From the NCBI RefSeq assembly GCF_006345805.1, contig NC_043012.1, positions 49,848,001 to 49,912,000 on the forward strand: 64,000 nucleotides of DNA, read 5' to 3'. Positions within the stretch are counted from its first letter, which is position 1. Each line of letters begins with the position of its first letter. Below are positions 27,212 through 41,581 of this stretch, piece by piece. This DNA is from Octopus sinensis. Its lineage: Eukaryota. The notes below the pieces were generated by a model. That model worked only from the letters and a program-made list of their open reading frames with translations, did no database searches and was not told where the DNA came from. The position numbers and the translations under genes are program-made.

Positions 27212-28356
27212 ATATATAGGTGTGTGTGTGTGTGTGTGTGTGTATGTACTTATGTATGTATTTATGTATTATATGTATAGACAGATATGTGCATATACAC
27301 ATATATGGATATATGGATATCCATACATACACACACACATGTACATTCAAACAACTTTAGTGTTTTTCCTTTAAGAAATATTAATTTATCCGTTATTATT
27401 GTTATCTTCAGGCAGAGATAAAGATTAAGTTTCCAGCCGCAGACTATAGTAGATTTTGCACCAAAAAAAAGATGATTTAAAAAATATATTGAAATAAAAC
27501 TAATTTAAAATGAGAGAAACAATTGACCTACGAGGGAAAGAATTACGATAATCTATACCATACATACATAATTTCAAACAATAAAGGAAAAGTATGAGTA
27601 CCAAACCAAAGAGGGTTCATCTGTGTGGTTGCTTGATCTTTTAGAAATAGCATCCCGTACCACATTAAATCAAACCATTCGAAGATAAAATGGAAGAAGT
27701 TATGCCCATTGACGGTACATCACCATGTGTTAAACACCTTTCAGTACACGTGGTTTGTCGAGTTATGAGAAATATACGCTAGTCATTCAACATTAAAACT
27801 GTACTGCAAATGAGACTGAGCAAATTAGTTCTTTGTAACATTACACTATCATTCACTGTTAAAACGAAATGAGTAAGTGCCTCAGCTGTGAGTTCAGATG
27901 CACTGCAGGTTTGCCATATCTACCTTTCTCTCTGGACAGGGAAACAAAAATTGTGGAGTAACATATTCCTTTTACAATTACATATCCAGGTTACTTCGTA
28001 CATTAATTGTAAAACTTGACTCAAATTTTTAACTTTGACAAAATACAACCGTGTTATGCAACTAAATCCATCAATCAATCTATCTATCTATCTGTCTGTC
28101 TGTCTGTCTATCTATCTACCAATCTATCTATCCATCCATAAATCCATCCATCCATCCATCCATCCACCCATCCATCTATCCATCTATCTATCTATATCTC
28201 TGTCTGCCTGCCTGTCTGTCTGTCTGTATGTCAGTCAATGTACCCTCTCCTTTTCTCTCTGTCTCTGTATACATATATTATATTATATGATATATTATAT
28301 TATATCATATTATATATATATATATATATATATGCATACACACACACACAGACACA

Positions 28357-28424
<68 letters not shown>

Positions 28425-28428
<4 letters not shown>

Positions 28429-29012
28429 AAAACATGAAAGAGTGAGAGAGAGAGATGGAATTTACAGAATTATTATTGAGAGATTATCAATTAAGGTAAA
28501 ACACCGTGTATTCTTGTGACAGGGCCCGATGTTACAGTTGATCGCCATTCTATATTATAAATCTGTGATTTTGCTCAAATATTACTGGTTTCTACACAGT
28601 GATATACATGAAAAGGCATAAATAATGGTCATTATATATTTTTCTTAATTGCAATAAATTCTACTTAGAACTGTTTCCATGAATTAATCTTTGCAAGAAT
28701 GTTCAGAGATAAAAAAATGTAGATGAAACAGCTACGTGGTGGCGTACTGAACATAGACGAACATAGCAACGACGTGAATGGCTCTAAGTCTATTCGACTA
28801 AAGGCGCAAAAACAAAGGTTAGCAAGGTGTTCTTATTAATGGAACGCTAGATATTCTAGAAACTTCCAAAAGAAACGTTAAGCTTCTTGAATAATTAAGA
28901 ATCGTGTATCATGACATATATGCTTCGAGAAAAATTAGAAAAGGAAAGTTACTCTATGATATTTCTTGTAATGTAGATCATTCAACTATTTATCTACCTA
29001 TAACACTACAAT

Positions 29013-29052
<40 letters not shown>

Positions 29053-29637
29053 TATAAAAACATGAAAGAGTGAGAGAGAGAGATGGAATTTACAGAATTA
29101 TTATTGAGAGATTATCAATTAAGGTAAAACACCGTGTATTCTTGTGACAGGGCCCGATGTTACAGTTGATCGCCATTCTATATTATAAATCTGTGATTTT
29201 GCTCAAATATTACTGGTTTCTACACAGTGATATACATGAAAAGGCATAAATAATGGTCATTATATATTTTTCTTAATTGCAATAAATTCTACTTAGAACT
29301 GTTTCCATGAATTAATCTTTGCAAGAATGTTCAGAGATAAAAAATGTAGATGAAACAGCTACGTGGTGGCGTACTGAACATAGACGAACATAGCAACGAC
29401 GTGAATGGCTCTAAGTCTATTCGACTAAAGGCGCAAAAACAAAGGTTAGCAAGGTGTTCTTATTAATGGAACGCTAGATATTCTAGAAACTTCCAAAAGA
29501 AACGTTAAGCTTCTTGAATAATTAAGAATCGTGTATCATGACACATATGCTTCGAGAAAAATTAGAAAAGGAAGGTTACTCTATGATATTTCTTGTAATG
29601 TAGATCATTCAACTATTTATCTACCTATAACACTACA

Positions 29638-29680
<43 letters not shown>
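28425..29680 (+). repeat. Near-perfect tandem duplication, unit 627-628 bp, bounded by (CA)n(TA)n
   Basis: AACATGAAAG at 28431 and 29059; CACTACAATA at 29004 and 29631; only about 3 differences seen. Confidence 0.95.
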
Positions 29681-29682
<2 letters not shown>

Positions 29683-30295
29683 CGCGCATGTATATGTAAA
29701 TGTATAGTATAATTATATGATCTCAGAATACAGCTATCACAAAAGGCTCTTCTAACGGACTCGGCTAAACTTCCACATAGTAATCCATTTCAAAATGTAA
29801 TATAGAATGTCCGTCTAAAAGAAAAGTTCAAAAGATCCGGCCGACGAAATTATTTCATGGGGAGGATATAGAACTATAAAGTCAGAAGTTATGAAAAGGG
29901 AATAAATATTTCTTTGACCACGTGACTTCCATAAGGTCAAGAATGTTTTGAAACCTTTTACATTAAGTATTAATTTCAGTGTAGAAGAAATTATGCGTAC
30001 ATGTTTGCATCAATATGTATGCCAGGTTTCTTCATTCGAATTAATTTGTGAATATGCAAATGTATTCTATGATGCCGGAAATATATATTGATGCGTAAAT
30101 GTTCGAATAACTTCACCCATACTGTAATACTATATGAAGAACTTAGCGGTAGGGCTGTACACCAATGAAGGTAGGTGGTTAATTTACAAATATACGCGCG
30201 AGTTCACCCGCACGCACCCACTCATGCGCACGCACACATACACACTTATATATTTATCAATCACACACATATACATACACATACACATGCACACA

Positions 30296-30357
<62 letters not shown>

Positions 30358-30371
30358 ATAGAATAAACAAA

Positions 30372-30614
30372 TGCGCCCTTTTAAAGCGTAGCTAGGCTCA
30401 CGGGCCTGGTTTCCCGGTTTCTATGGCGTATGTGTTCCCCAGCTGGACGAGACACCAGTCCATCGCAGCGTTACTCATTTTTGCCAGCTGAGTGGACTGG
30501 AGCAACGCGAAATGAAGTGTTTTGCTCAAGTACACAACGCGTCGCGCGGTCCAGGAAGCGAAACCACAATCTTACGATCATAGTGCTGACACCGTAACCA
30601 CTAAGCCACGCGCC

Positions 30615-30617
<3 letters not shown>
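30372..30617 (-). mobile_element. SINE group C, head 2 plus CORE-like domain plus tail X
   Basis: Reverse complement GAAGGCGCGTGGCTTAGTGGTTA...TTGTGTACTTGAGCAAAACACTT...CCACTCAGCTGGCAAAAATGAG. Confidence 0.85.
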
Positions 30618-30655
<38 letters not shown>

Positions 30656-30664
30656 GTATATACA

Positions 30665-30902
30665 TATGTTTATACACACACATGCTGAGACCCCCTCTTC
30701 GGTCATGACTGACCATGGGATTGCACCTAGAAAGTCCGGGCGAGGTTGTTTTTATGGAAGACGAGTAGTCGCCCATGCATACCATCCTCCCCACTACACG
30801 CCACCAGTGTTATCTAAGTGAAAGGCTAAGGGGCCGGTACAGCTTGGCACCTGTGACGTCGCAACTCATTTCTACAGCTGAGTGAACTGAGCCATGCGCC
30901 TT
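30665..30902 (-). mobile_element. SINE group C, internally deleted head plus tail W
   Basis: Reverse complement GAAGGCGCATGGCTCAG joined directly to TTCACTCAGCTGTAGAAATGAG. Confidence 0.7.
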
Positions 30903-30933
<31 letters not shown>

Positions 30934-31134
30934 GTATATATATATACACACGCTTGTCGAAGTAATGGCAACCTCTTTGTTGTGACACGTATGACAAGAT
31001 CCATCAATTCTATCTGTAGACTGAAAGTGATTGCGCTAGAAATCAAGGGAACTGCAGTAACGAAACAAATGTACTGCCCTCAGAACTTGAACTCACGAAA
31101 CTTATGATACGAAAGGAATGAAATCGAGCGTGAT

Positions 31135-31218
31135 AAATGAAGATGACGATGACGATAATGATGGTGATGATGATGGTGATGATGCCGATGATGATAATGA
31201 TAATAACGATGATGATAA

Positions 31219-31250
<32 letters not shown>

Positions 31251-31254
31251 GGGG

Positions 31255-31307
<53 letters not shown>

Positions 31308-31310
31308 ATA
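31135..31310 (+). repeat. (GAT)n microsatellite
   Basis: Read directly. Confidence 0.95.
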
Positions 31311-31411
31311 AGGATGAATACGACAATGAAAGTAATCATCATCATTATTTATCCATTATGTGCGTGAATGTCAATTTACACTCAGTCACAAAAGATACAC
31401 ACACACACATT

Positions 31412-31487
<76 letters not shown>

Positions 31488-32429
31488 GTTCCTGATTTTC
31501 TCATGTTCTACTGCTGCAACAGAGAAATGAAATCGTTTTAACTATCACAGAAATGTTAGTCTACTGAATTAAAATGCATCACGGCATTCATTATAATGGA
31601 GCTGAAAATATTTTTTTTTTGTTCCTTACTGATTGACCTATTCGATAACGAGATCTTAGTAACTATGTATTATGTAACCCAATATCACCTGTAAAATCAT
31701 CGCACGAATATCATAGGAATTTGTCGGTCCTGAAATGTACTTAAAATTATACGTCTGCCCTCGTACACACATTTGTGTATATAGGTTCTTTGTATTAAAC
31801 TCAGTAAACATACCCCTCAAAGGAAATGATATATTTATATTCTCGTTGAAAATATCAAATCACATGGAAGACTGAAAATTATCATGTATTTCAAAAAGAC
31901 AGACGAATGTTTTGCTTAGAATAATTTATGTGAAATACAAGTCACAGCGAGAGAAGGCCACCATCAACATATTTAAGAGTATATGAATATATTTGAGATT
32001 GAAAATCCCATCGTAAAAGGAAGCACTTAACTACTTAACTCATGCCATGAATCAGAATAACATTTTCTTTCTTAACCAAAGAAAAAATGCACTAGTAGAA
32101 AATGTCTCATATATTATAATAAACCATAATGTTTGGAGGTGCGTTGGGTGATAGTACCGGGCTAGGAAAATTATGTGGTTGTCTAAAGTTTTATCTCTCC
32201 TGGGAGGATTTTTAAATGTTACCTGAATGAAACTTTACTTTTTATCTTTTTGGAGTTGATAATATAAATACTGCATTACACAAATGTGGTAGACAGAAAT
32301 TTTTTCTAGGCGCCAGAAAGAGCATTCTATTGTAACGTCTGTCACTTGGCTTTTTTTTTTTTTGTATTATGATAGGAATTAGCTCAACTCATATCTATGT
32401 TGGCGGACGTAACATAAACATATTAAATT

Positions 32430-32760
32430 CAGTAATTTTTGTTGAATGCCAGTAGATTCTGTGGGTTTAGGTTGTGGAAGCTGCCGTTTCTGACTTAAAG
32501 GTTTTGTCAGATGGTGTTCAAATATTAGACGGTGGAAGGCAAACTTAAAGAAGTGGCAGAATGGGTCACCCAAATCGGAATCTTCAATAAGTTCGGATTT
32601 GGGGTCTGTAGTCGACTATGTAATGTGTGCTGTGAGTGGATGCATAACTGGAAGGACGTATCTGTATTTAGTTTACTAAGTAAGTATATGTCACGACACA
32701 TTCTTTGCACACAGGGGCGCTACCCAAGATTCTGCATAGGTGCTTTTACGTTTTAAATGC
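32430..32760 (-). pseudogene. Possible CR1/L2-type LINE ORF2 C-terminal relic
   Basis: KHLCRILG, QRMCRDIYLLSKL, HTLHSRLQTPNPNLLKIP and SLPSTV*YLN resemble CR1/L2 3' motifs. Confidence 0.45.
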
Positions 32761-32792
32761 CTGATGGTTTAGGATACTCAAAATCGTATTGC

Positions 32793-32855
<63 letters not shown>

Positions 32856-32890
32856 AATATATGTGTGTGTGTGTGCGCGCGCGCGTGTGG

Positions 32891-32933
<43 letters not shown>

Positions 32934-32957
32934 AATAAAGATATATATATATAAGTG

Positions 32958-33278
32958 AGGGCGCGTGGCTTAGTGGTTAGGGCATTCGGCTCATGATCGT
33001 AAGGTTGTGAGTTCGATTCCCGGCGACGTGTTGTGTCCTTGAGCAAGACACTTTATTTCACGTTGCTCCAGTCCACTCAGCTGGCAAAAATGAGTTGTAC
33101 TTGTATTTCAAAGGGTCAGCCTTGTCACTCTCTGTGTCACGCTGATTATCCCCGAGAACTACGTTAAGGGTACACGTGTCTGTGGAATGCTCAGCCATTT
33201 GCACGTTAATTTCACGAGCAGGCTGTTCCGTTGATCGTATCAGCTGGGACCCTCGTCGTCGTAACCGGCGGAGTCTTT
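32958..33278 (+). mobile_element. SINE group C (OR-type CORE-SINE-like), head 2 plus tail Z, full length
   Basis: A box TGGCTTAGTGG, B box GAGTTCGATTCC, CORE-like TTGTGTCCTTGAGCAAGACACTT. Confidence 0.9.
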
Positions 33279-33475
33279 AGATATATATATATATATATAA
33301 TTACCCAACAGTTTGATTCAATTTCGTTGTACTCTTGAGTTTCAAGCGGTATGCTAGTCGTGAGCCATTTTTGAATTTGAAGTCAAAATGGCTGACGTCT
33401 AGCATCACGCTTCAATATCAAGAGTACCAACGAATTTGAATCAAACTGCTTTGATAATTATATATACATATATAT

Positions 33476-33524
<49 letters not shown>

Positions 33525-33526
<2 letters not shown>

Positions 33527-34020
33527 CATGGTCGGGTCGTCGGCGACTAAACCGGCAACACTACCAAGCTTGCTTGGTGAGGAGGGTGTTTATTGGACAC
33601 CCTGCGGGATGAAAAACAAAACCCGTCAAAGGGCGGAGGAAGTCTTGAGAGTCAATGGCCATTCTATAAATGTCTTGAGGCTGTATCATGCACAGGGACA
33701 TAGAAATAATCGGACTGAACACCGATCGCGAGGTTAAACCATTGGTAGTGAAGGACTCCTAGCCTTTGTTAGGGCATCCTTGTAGGAAAAGGTACCTCAG
33801 ATAACTGGGATAACTCCGACGTAGGACCTGCGGCTCAGTGGTTACCGATGATGTTGACTTGTTCTTCTTTTCGGATTATGGCTGATGTCGTTTAATGAGT
33901 GGGATTGACTCAGTGCACAGCCTTTCCTCACTTTAAAAAATATCTTGCACAGGCATTGCACGATAACAACATTGATTAAGCTTCGTGCAATTGCCATACT
34001 CGATAATGAGGGGGCAGCCA
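33525..34020 (+). mobile_element. Probable RTE-type LINE 5' leader between (TA)n tracts
   Basis: GC-richer and hairpin-rich; AGGGCATCCTTGTAGGAAAAGGTACCTCAGAT resembles the RTE leader motif GGGCA...TAGGAGAAGGAAAACTCTG (from recall). Confidence 0.45.
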
Positions 34021-34060
34021 CCATGTATGTATATATGTATGTATGTATGTATATATATAT

Positions 34061-34133
<73 letters not shown>

Positions 34134-36083
34134 TAGATATACATATATAATGCCTGTCAAACTGTTTCTTCTTTCCTCACCTATTTGTTTTTTATACAAT
34201 TTTGAACCATGCGCGCGTGTGTATCAATACATATATGCATGTTTCTGTGGAAACGAATGATGTGAAGTGTTTCAGATGTTTGCTTTCTAATTCTGACAAT
34301 CTTAATGTCTGATTGATATACTTGCTATGAAGGGCAACTGTTTCTTTTTCTTGCCATTGTCGCCGACCCAAACCTCCCAAATAAAATGAAATTGTCGTAC
34401 AAACCCATCTGACGGAATCGACCTGTATTTTAGCATGCCACATTTGTATCATTTTGTAACACGCTTAGTTTGCCTCACCGTTATGTTAACCTTATACATG
34501 CCATTGAAATCAGTTACTGACACGCTGGTTGAAAAGCACTTCAGTCGATCTAACAACCGAATATGTATTCGTTGCAAACGACAGACATCGCAATCATGTA
34601 TGTATGACTCTACGTAAGGATGATTATAGAGATGTATTATAGATTTACCATAACGTGTACTTTCTAAGATGTATGAAAATGGACGTGCGAAAATAACCTT
34701 TGGAGAAATTAGCGCCCCGAAGTGGAGTAAGGTCAAACTGTGACTGCCTGATTCGAATTATACTTCCGAAAAATCTGTCACACGCAGTGCCTCAATGCAC
34801 TTTACACGATGACATCATGAATTTGAAACTATGACGACATAATCATACTTATTTCGATGCTGGATATCTCTTAAGTGGATTCCAGAGACTTGTCTAAGCG
34901 CTTAATTTGTTTTAGTTTTCTAGCTAAAGTAAGTTAGTTATTCATCAAATGGGATTAACACGTTGTTCAATCTATTATAGGTTCGGACAAAACCAAAGAG
35001 CAGCGCTTAAAAGGGGTCAGCTACTGTGAACTTACTTGCCAATCAGAGCGTAGAAAACATACGTAACAATAGCAGTATAAAAAGGATGTAAAGAAAAGCA
35101 CTAGTGTTCATGCACGCACGCACACACACACACACACACACACGCACGCGCACACACATACACACACACACACACACAAAAAGCAACCACAGGCATACAT
35201 ACGCTCGTATGTTTTCTATACATATGCTTATATACGTAAAACAAGCATTTATGTATTTGTTAAGGAAACGTATAAAACTGCATTTTTTTCTTGGTATGTA
35301 GTATGTATATAGATCAGATAAGGTTGTCTATAGATATACACAAAATCAAGCTCACGTCATTGCGTACGTACACACATACGCACAAGCACACACACATAAA
35401 TACTCAAATATATTGCGTGTTCACAAAACTGCATAAATAATATACATAAACTGTTTGAAAGGAAGTATATATATATATATATCTCATGGTCACGACAGCA
35501 CAGTATGTATGGGAAGTTACAACTGTTTTAATCAATTGTCGAATTAGATGAAACCCATAGCGCTTAAATTATAAAACCAGGAAAAGATATGCGGGTATAA
35601 TACATTGATGTAAAATTAGAATGCAAATGCGAAATACAACATCGCGCTTCGGGTGGCGTTGAGATTCATCATTCTCTGCTTAGACGTGGGAAGATTTTGT
35701 CGGAGGAAAGAAAACTATTTTAGCAGCCATTGCACCATATATGACGAGGATGCACGCTCTCGAATTCCTATGTTATCTTAGACTATATTTTGTAAGCAGC
35801 TTTCTAACACACAACATATACACATAACTTCTCCAAAGGATGAATTATATATACATGTATGTATGTGTGTGTGTGTGAGAGAGAAATTGTACGTGTATGC
35901 ATTTGTGTCTCTGTGAGTGCGTATGATTTTATGTATACATAGTGTAGTTGAATAAATGTAGTTTTAGTCTCTATTCCAGGATTGGTAGAACTTTAACGTT
36001 GCTTTATCATCATAATAATTTTCATCATCGTCATTTAACCTGGGATTTCCATGCTGTCATGCGTATATAAACACGCAGATATC

Positions 36084-36116
36084 TGCAAGGTCGTCAGCGT
36101 AGTCAGTCGCTTACAA
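36084..36116 (-). pseudogene. Tiny RT motif remnant (DYADDLA)
   Basis: Reverse complement GAC TAC GCT GAC GAC CTT GCA; flanks do not extend the frame. Confidence 0.3.
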
Positions 36117-38754
36117 AACAAAATTTCCAGAACTAGATACAGAACGCTCAACCGAAATCGAACATGTATATAGTTCTATAAAATATATTTGAGTATATTT
36201 TTCAAATGTCTTCACTTTGGCACGCTGAGACCGGAAATTACTCTGCTGTTAATAAATTCCAGTAGCCAATTTACTTAGAGAATGTTTTATTTAAAATGAA
36301 ATAATAAGGGTAGAAATTGATATTAATCAATTAAAATGCGTTTTGCTGAGATTTTTTCTTGAGAACACATTCTTCGTAGTAATGAAGATTTGACGTTTAT
36401 GTTTAGCATATAGGGTGTCCACTTTAGCGGTCATACCTCTTAATTTTGTATATATATATATACATATTTTTATATGAAATACACTATGGTATTTGGTAAA
36501 AAAACTTCTCGGTCAGTGATTTGAATGGGTCGATCGGACAACGATTCTGTAATACGGAGTGACGGTTGCGGGTTAATATTGTTACCAGCTGTAGAGCAGC
36601 TGGGTAGTTTATAAGGGATATGTAACGATAAATATCATATATAGACAGAAACGTGATCATTATTTCTTTGTAGTTTTATTAAGAGAGTGGAAAATGTCCG
36701 TGAGCAAGTAGAACCTTTCAAAATTCGGGCAAAATCACATCATACTTATATTCTATCTAAAAAGAATGAGATATACTGATAAACTGCTAAAATAGTGGTC
36801 GCTACGATGACAGTTCATTTATTCGAAAACACAATTACATCTATAGGGTATATCAGTATTAAAAATATGCTGGACACATCGAGCAATTTAGACGTCAGTA
36901 ATATGTTTTTAAATGCAGACATGATACTTGAATCAAACATCGTTTACAATATGAATGAGCGTTCGTTACTGACCTTACACTAACTTATAGAGCATGACCA
37001 GATTTGACTGCCAAATTACTAAAACAAAGTTAAATAATTGGACAGAAAGTATGAAACAAGATGGGGATGTTGCCAGAATGGAGCAACAGTAATGGTCAAA
37101 AACATATTTTGCTATAATCACATACTTTTTAGGGTGTTATATTTTCCTATGTATTTTAAAATTATGCGATTAAGATATGATTTGAAGGGATTTTGTGGGT
37201 ATTTATAACATAAGAAGTGAAGTGTATAAGATTTGGCATTGTTCTGTAATCATTCAATATGAAGGTCTGGGAAGTTAGTTAAGGGTGAGATAGAGATAGG
37301 TACAAAGAGAATGGGTGAGCGAGTGAGAAAAAGGGACACTTTGAAAACTATTTAGCATAACAACTTCAAATGGTTGGCGAGTTATTAAACAATAACAAAA
37401 AAATGTACATTTATGTATACATTTCAAAACATATGACTGAGTGTAGAAATGTGTGCATGGCTCTAATGTTTATTTTTGGTGTCAAAGTTAAAGGAAGACT
37501 ACCGACATTTGGACTTTAATTAGTGTGCTCAGTGAAGGCCATGTGCCTATAGACTGTCTTTAAGAAATGGAAAGACGAAGAGAAAGAGAGTGAGAGAAGG
37601 GGAGGGAGAAAGAGAGTGACAGAGAGACTGTGTGCAACAGAATATGAGAGGAAGTAAGAATGAGAATTAAACTAGAAGACAAGAGAAGAGCGATAAATAC
37701 AATGTGATGTGTGTCTGCGTCAATTTCTCTGTGTATACACGTACACAGTCGGGAAATGGCATATATACAATACCCACTCGCTCTCTCTATCTCTCTCTTT
37801 CACACACACACACACACATACACACACACAATTCTGTTTCATTACATGTGTGTGTACGTATGTATATATGTGTGTATGAATACGTGTGTGTGTGCGTATG
37901 TATGTGTGTGTACGAATACGTGTGTGTGTCTAATTCATACATTCATGTATGTGTTTAGTCGCAGCCGCAGCAAAAGTAAGGGCAGCAAAAGTGAGAAAGG
38001 GAATAAAAGTGAAAGTAAAACAAATTGAAAATGTAAGAGAGAGAGAGAGAGAGTGGGGGGAAAAGGAGTGAGAGAGAGACAAAAGGTCCATTTACAGATA
38101 GACCTGAATGTAACTGATAAGTAAATTATATGCTATATGAACCGCTGTGTAATGTATTTTATTGCATTACTAATGATTATGTGCCAATATTAATACATGA
38201 CTGAGTGGCTAAATAATACACATCCATGAATTAGACAAAAATAATATTCTGATAGATATACACGCTTGATTCTATGTATTGGGCATAATCTCCTCAAAAT
38301 ACGGCGCTTCGAGATATACGAACAGCCGGTAGCTTCCGAATGAACACACGCACATACAATATATGCGCACAAACTAACACGCGCACACACCTACATCTAC
38401 TTATATACACGCGTGTACACATTCACATATTTATCTATGGTGGTTAGGTCTTATATATATGTTTGTGTATGTATGAGTTATTGTTGGGTGCCAATGCCCT
38501 GGATATATTAACATATGTTAAATTATTTTTATAAATCTGTTTGGATATAGGTATGGAAAAATCGACACTATAAACTTCTCCATAGCTTTTCAACGACATC
38601 GAAACAAAAATCATATTGCCCTCCAATCGCCTTAAGCATAATAATTCAGAGTAGCTAACAATTGTTGTTAGGTTTTTGTAATCCTCATTTGTCTGCGAAT
38701 CACATTTTAACATGTAAGAATTTATCATGCACACAGTTCAGCACATATCACCAT

Positions 38755-39290
38755 CAACTCTACGCACTCGTGCAATGTCCAACAATTTCCGACCTGTGGG
38801 CTTATGTCGAACGACTGCTGTCACGTGTGGGACGGGTCGGTTTATCAGCCGAGTCTATCGTCAATATTGTCACGCCTCCTTCCTTCAAACGGGAAGGAAG
38901 AGCTATTTTCATCATTCTTGTGGCTATGGCGAAAGAATGTATCTGGTGGACGCGTCTGAGAGGATTGGAGACAAACACTTTCCTCTCTGGTCAATCTTTC
39001 ATCAATTTCTTCAAGTATCACTTGAAAAGGAAAGTGAGAGTAGAGACGCAAGTTTTGTCTAGCGAATGTTTTTAAAAAAATTGGGTGAATGTAGCAAGGA
39101 TGGCACGTATGAATGACGAAGCCACCTTGAGCATAATCCTATGAACCCGGAAATTTAAAACAGTGTGTTACCTACTTGTAAACAAATGTGCTAACATGTA
39201 ACATCATTGACCGAGGTTACCGTGGTCTTTTCCGAAGGCTTTTCTTCCCACGGATAAACCGTATCTGTTTTCCCCTTTACACTTTACACT
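38755..39290 (+). pseudogene. Tx1/L1-clade LINE 3' end
   Basis: ALVQCPTISDLWAYVERLL...IFIILVAMAKECIWWTR...WVNVARM fits the HxxxxC..W...AK..IW..R C-terminal pattern. Confidence 0.75.
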
Positions 39291-40279
39291 ATGATACATG
39301 ATCCCTATTGATAGTTTTTTTCCCTTTTTCCCCCTTTATTTGTTCTTCTTTCCCTTTTACGATCTCTTTTGATCGAAATCCTAACCTACCTCTTTTTTTT
39401 ATTCCCTCCCCCAAAAAGAAAAGATCTACTTTGTAATCTGCTCCGTCTGTGTGCAGCCCTGTGTGGCTAATAAAGAAACGTATGTACACACACACAAACA
39501 CACACACACACACCACACACAAGTACACAGGTACAAATAAAAACATGTGCGCCATCAAATGCTTCACACATTGTTTCAGATCCTTAATTAATATTTACTA
39601 ACTATCGACCAGTTTCAGGAGAAATATTTCAATTTTCGATGATCTTACAACAACAACGAGGCGCACATCTGCATCTTTACTCACCTGCACTGTCTCTTAA
39701 TCGCATAATTTCCCATAAGCTTTCCCATACATAGATGTGTAGGGTGGTGGTGAGTGTGTTTCAGTGTTTGTCTATATATCTGTGTAATATATCGTGGTAA
39801 CCCTCTGTGCCAGTACACTGTTTATAAGGCATGCAAGTTACCAAATTACTAATACAATTCGCGACGGTACACAATTATTTTGAAATACCTTTCACTAGTA
39901 CTGCGCCACAGTTTTGGTTACCAAACCACCTACATCTAAGTCTAGAGTTCTTGAAACGAGTAGCCAGTCTCTTTGCGAATATATGTCTTGAATCCTTTTT
40001 CTTTGTATGCGTGTTGGGAGAATATAAATTGGATATCGATAGACTTTGTTTCTAAACTGAAAGAAATACAATCGGAAAGAAATGATATAAAAGCATCTCG
40101 TCCCAAATTATTACTATTCTGTAATATTGGACACGTATATTTTCTGGTATGAATAGGGAAATTGCGAAAAATGTCCTCAATATTTGAACCCTAAACGAGA
40201 ACACATATAGATGGTGCATTGCGTTGATTTCCGACGTTGTGACCACTCTATTTGTGAGAAGTGTTTGGTGTCTCTATTT

Positions 40280-40415
<136 letters not shown>

Positions 40416-40796
40416 TTCTACCAATTTCTTTCTATATATACACACACATCTATATATCTATCTTTCTACTTAATGCCGTTCTATCCATACATATAGACAT
40501 ACATGCTTATATATATACATACATATTTTTTTATGCAAATGTACATTTAATTAACACATAAGAAGATTTTACTTATGTGCATCTACACCCAGAACCACGC
40601 TAATAGCTTAGGAGTGATATTTAGGATGTCTCGATTTTCTGTGAATCGATTTTGATAAAAACTTTCTCAGCTGGTTTGCACACTATGGCAACACTATTTT
40701 TATGTTTTCATTTTACTGTGTAACGTCCTTTCTTTTTTCAGATTCTTCCAGTTTTGGGGTTATGCACGATGAGAGCGTCTGACATCTCTAAGAACA

Positions 40797-40905
40797 ATGG
40801 GACGTGGAAAAGGCATTAACTATGACGAAAAGTCTGCTATCATCAAGGGAAATGTTAAAAGGACCACTCTTCATGTCAATGCGGAGATGTTAGGTCGCTA
40901 TTGAC
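40797..40905 (+). pseudogene. Possible Tc1-type transposase N-terminal relic
   Basis: MGRGKGINYDEKSAII...AEMLGR resembles Tc1 helix-turn-helix starts; short. Confidence 0.3.
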
Positions 40906-41562
40906 ACACGATGTCGTGCAGCTACTTTTTATACTTCACTCAGAGATTTATTATTGCTTGTTTACACTTTTTCGAGATCAGTGACTTTTTGTCACTAGAA
41001 AAAGGATATTTTGTTCGCCAAAGGCCCTTTAATAAACACAATCGTCGAAAGATCCTACAGGTGTTTACACTGGAAAAGACACACCTTTCACTCATATAAA
41101 TAGTGACTAATATAGATAACCCCTCGATTTCCCAAAAACATTTTTCCTATACTTCACCCCAATAGTCAAAAATATTTTCTTATATTCCCAATTACTACTA
41201 TCCATTCTTGCGTTTCCTCTCACCTTGTCCGATTCTTTCTCCCTTTCGCTATCTACTTTCCTTTCTATACAGTAAACATAACCGAACACACAGACACAGA
41301 TCTTTCATCTCACAGCTGTCAGTTTTCTGACATCTACCCATCCACAAACACAATCACGCATTCAGACACACACACATACACACATTAAGACAGTTATATA
41401 CAGTCAAACACACAGGCACTCATTCACAAAAGAAATCATTTAAACCCACCATTCTTTTGACCTGCACTCTCTCACCTTACTATTCTTATGCCTCCCTCCT
41501 CCTACTTCGTTTGAACTCTTGAACCTTTAGAAACTTCTAGATTATTCTACATTCAGCCACTC

Positions 41563-41581
41563 TGACGTCACTCCTTATAAA
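41563..41581 (+). promoter_or_regulatory. CRE palindrome plus TATA box upstream of the hammerhead (putative pLTR promoter)
   Basis: TGACGTCA at 41563-41570 and TATAAA at 41576-41581. Confidence 0.45.

Noticed and set aside
28425-29680. CRISPR array or retrozyme tandem
   Set aside because: No repeat-spacer structure anywhere in the window, and no hammerhead core in the duplicated unit.
20233-33278. SINE heads as tRNA genes
   Set aside because: A/B boxes are present, but there is no complete cloverleaf and each continues into a SINE body.
39601-39625. Minus-strand CCUGAAACUGGUC-GAUAG, hammerhead 3' half
   Set aside because: No CUGANGA or matching stem I/II arm upstream.
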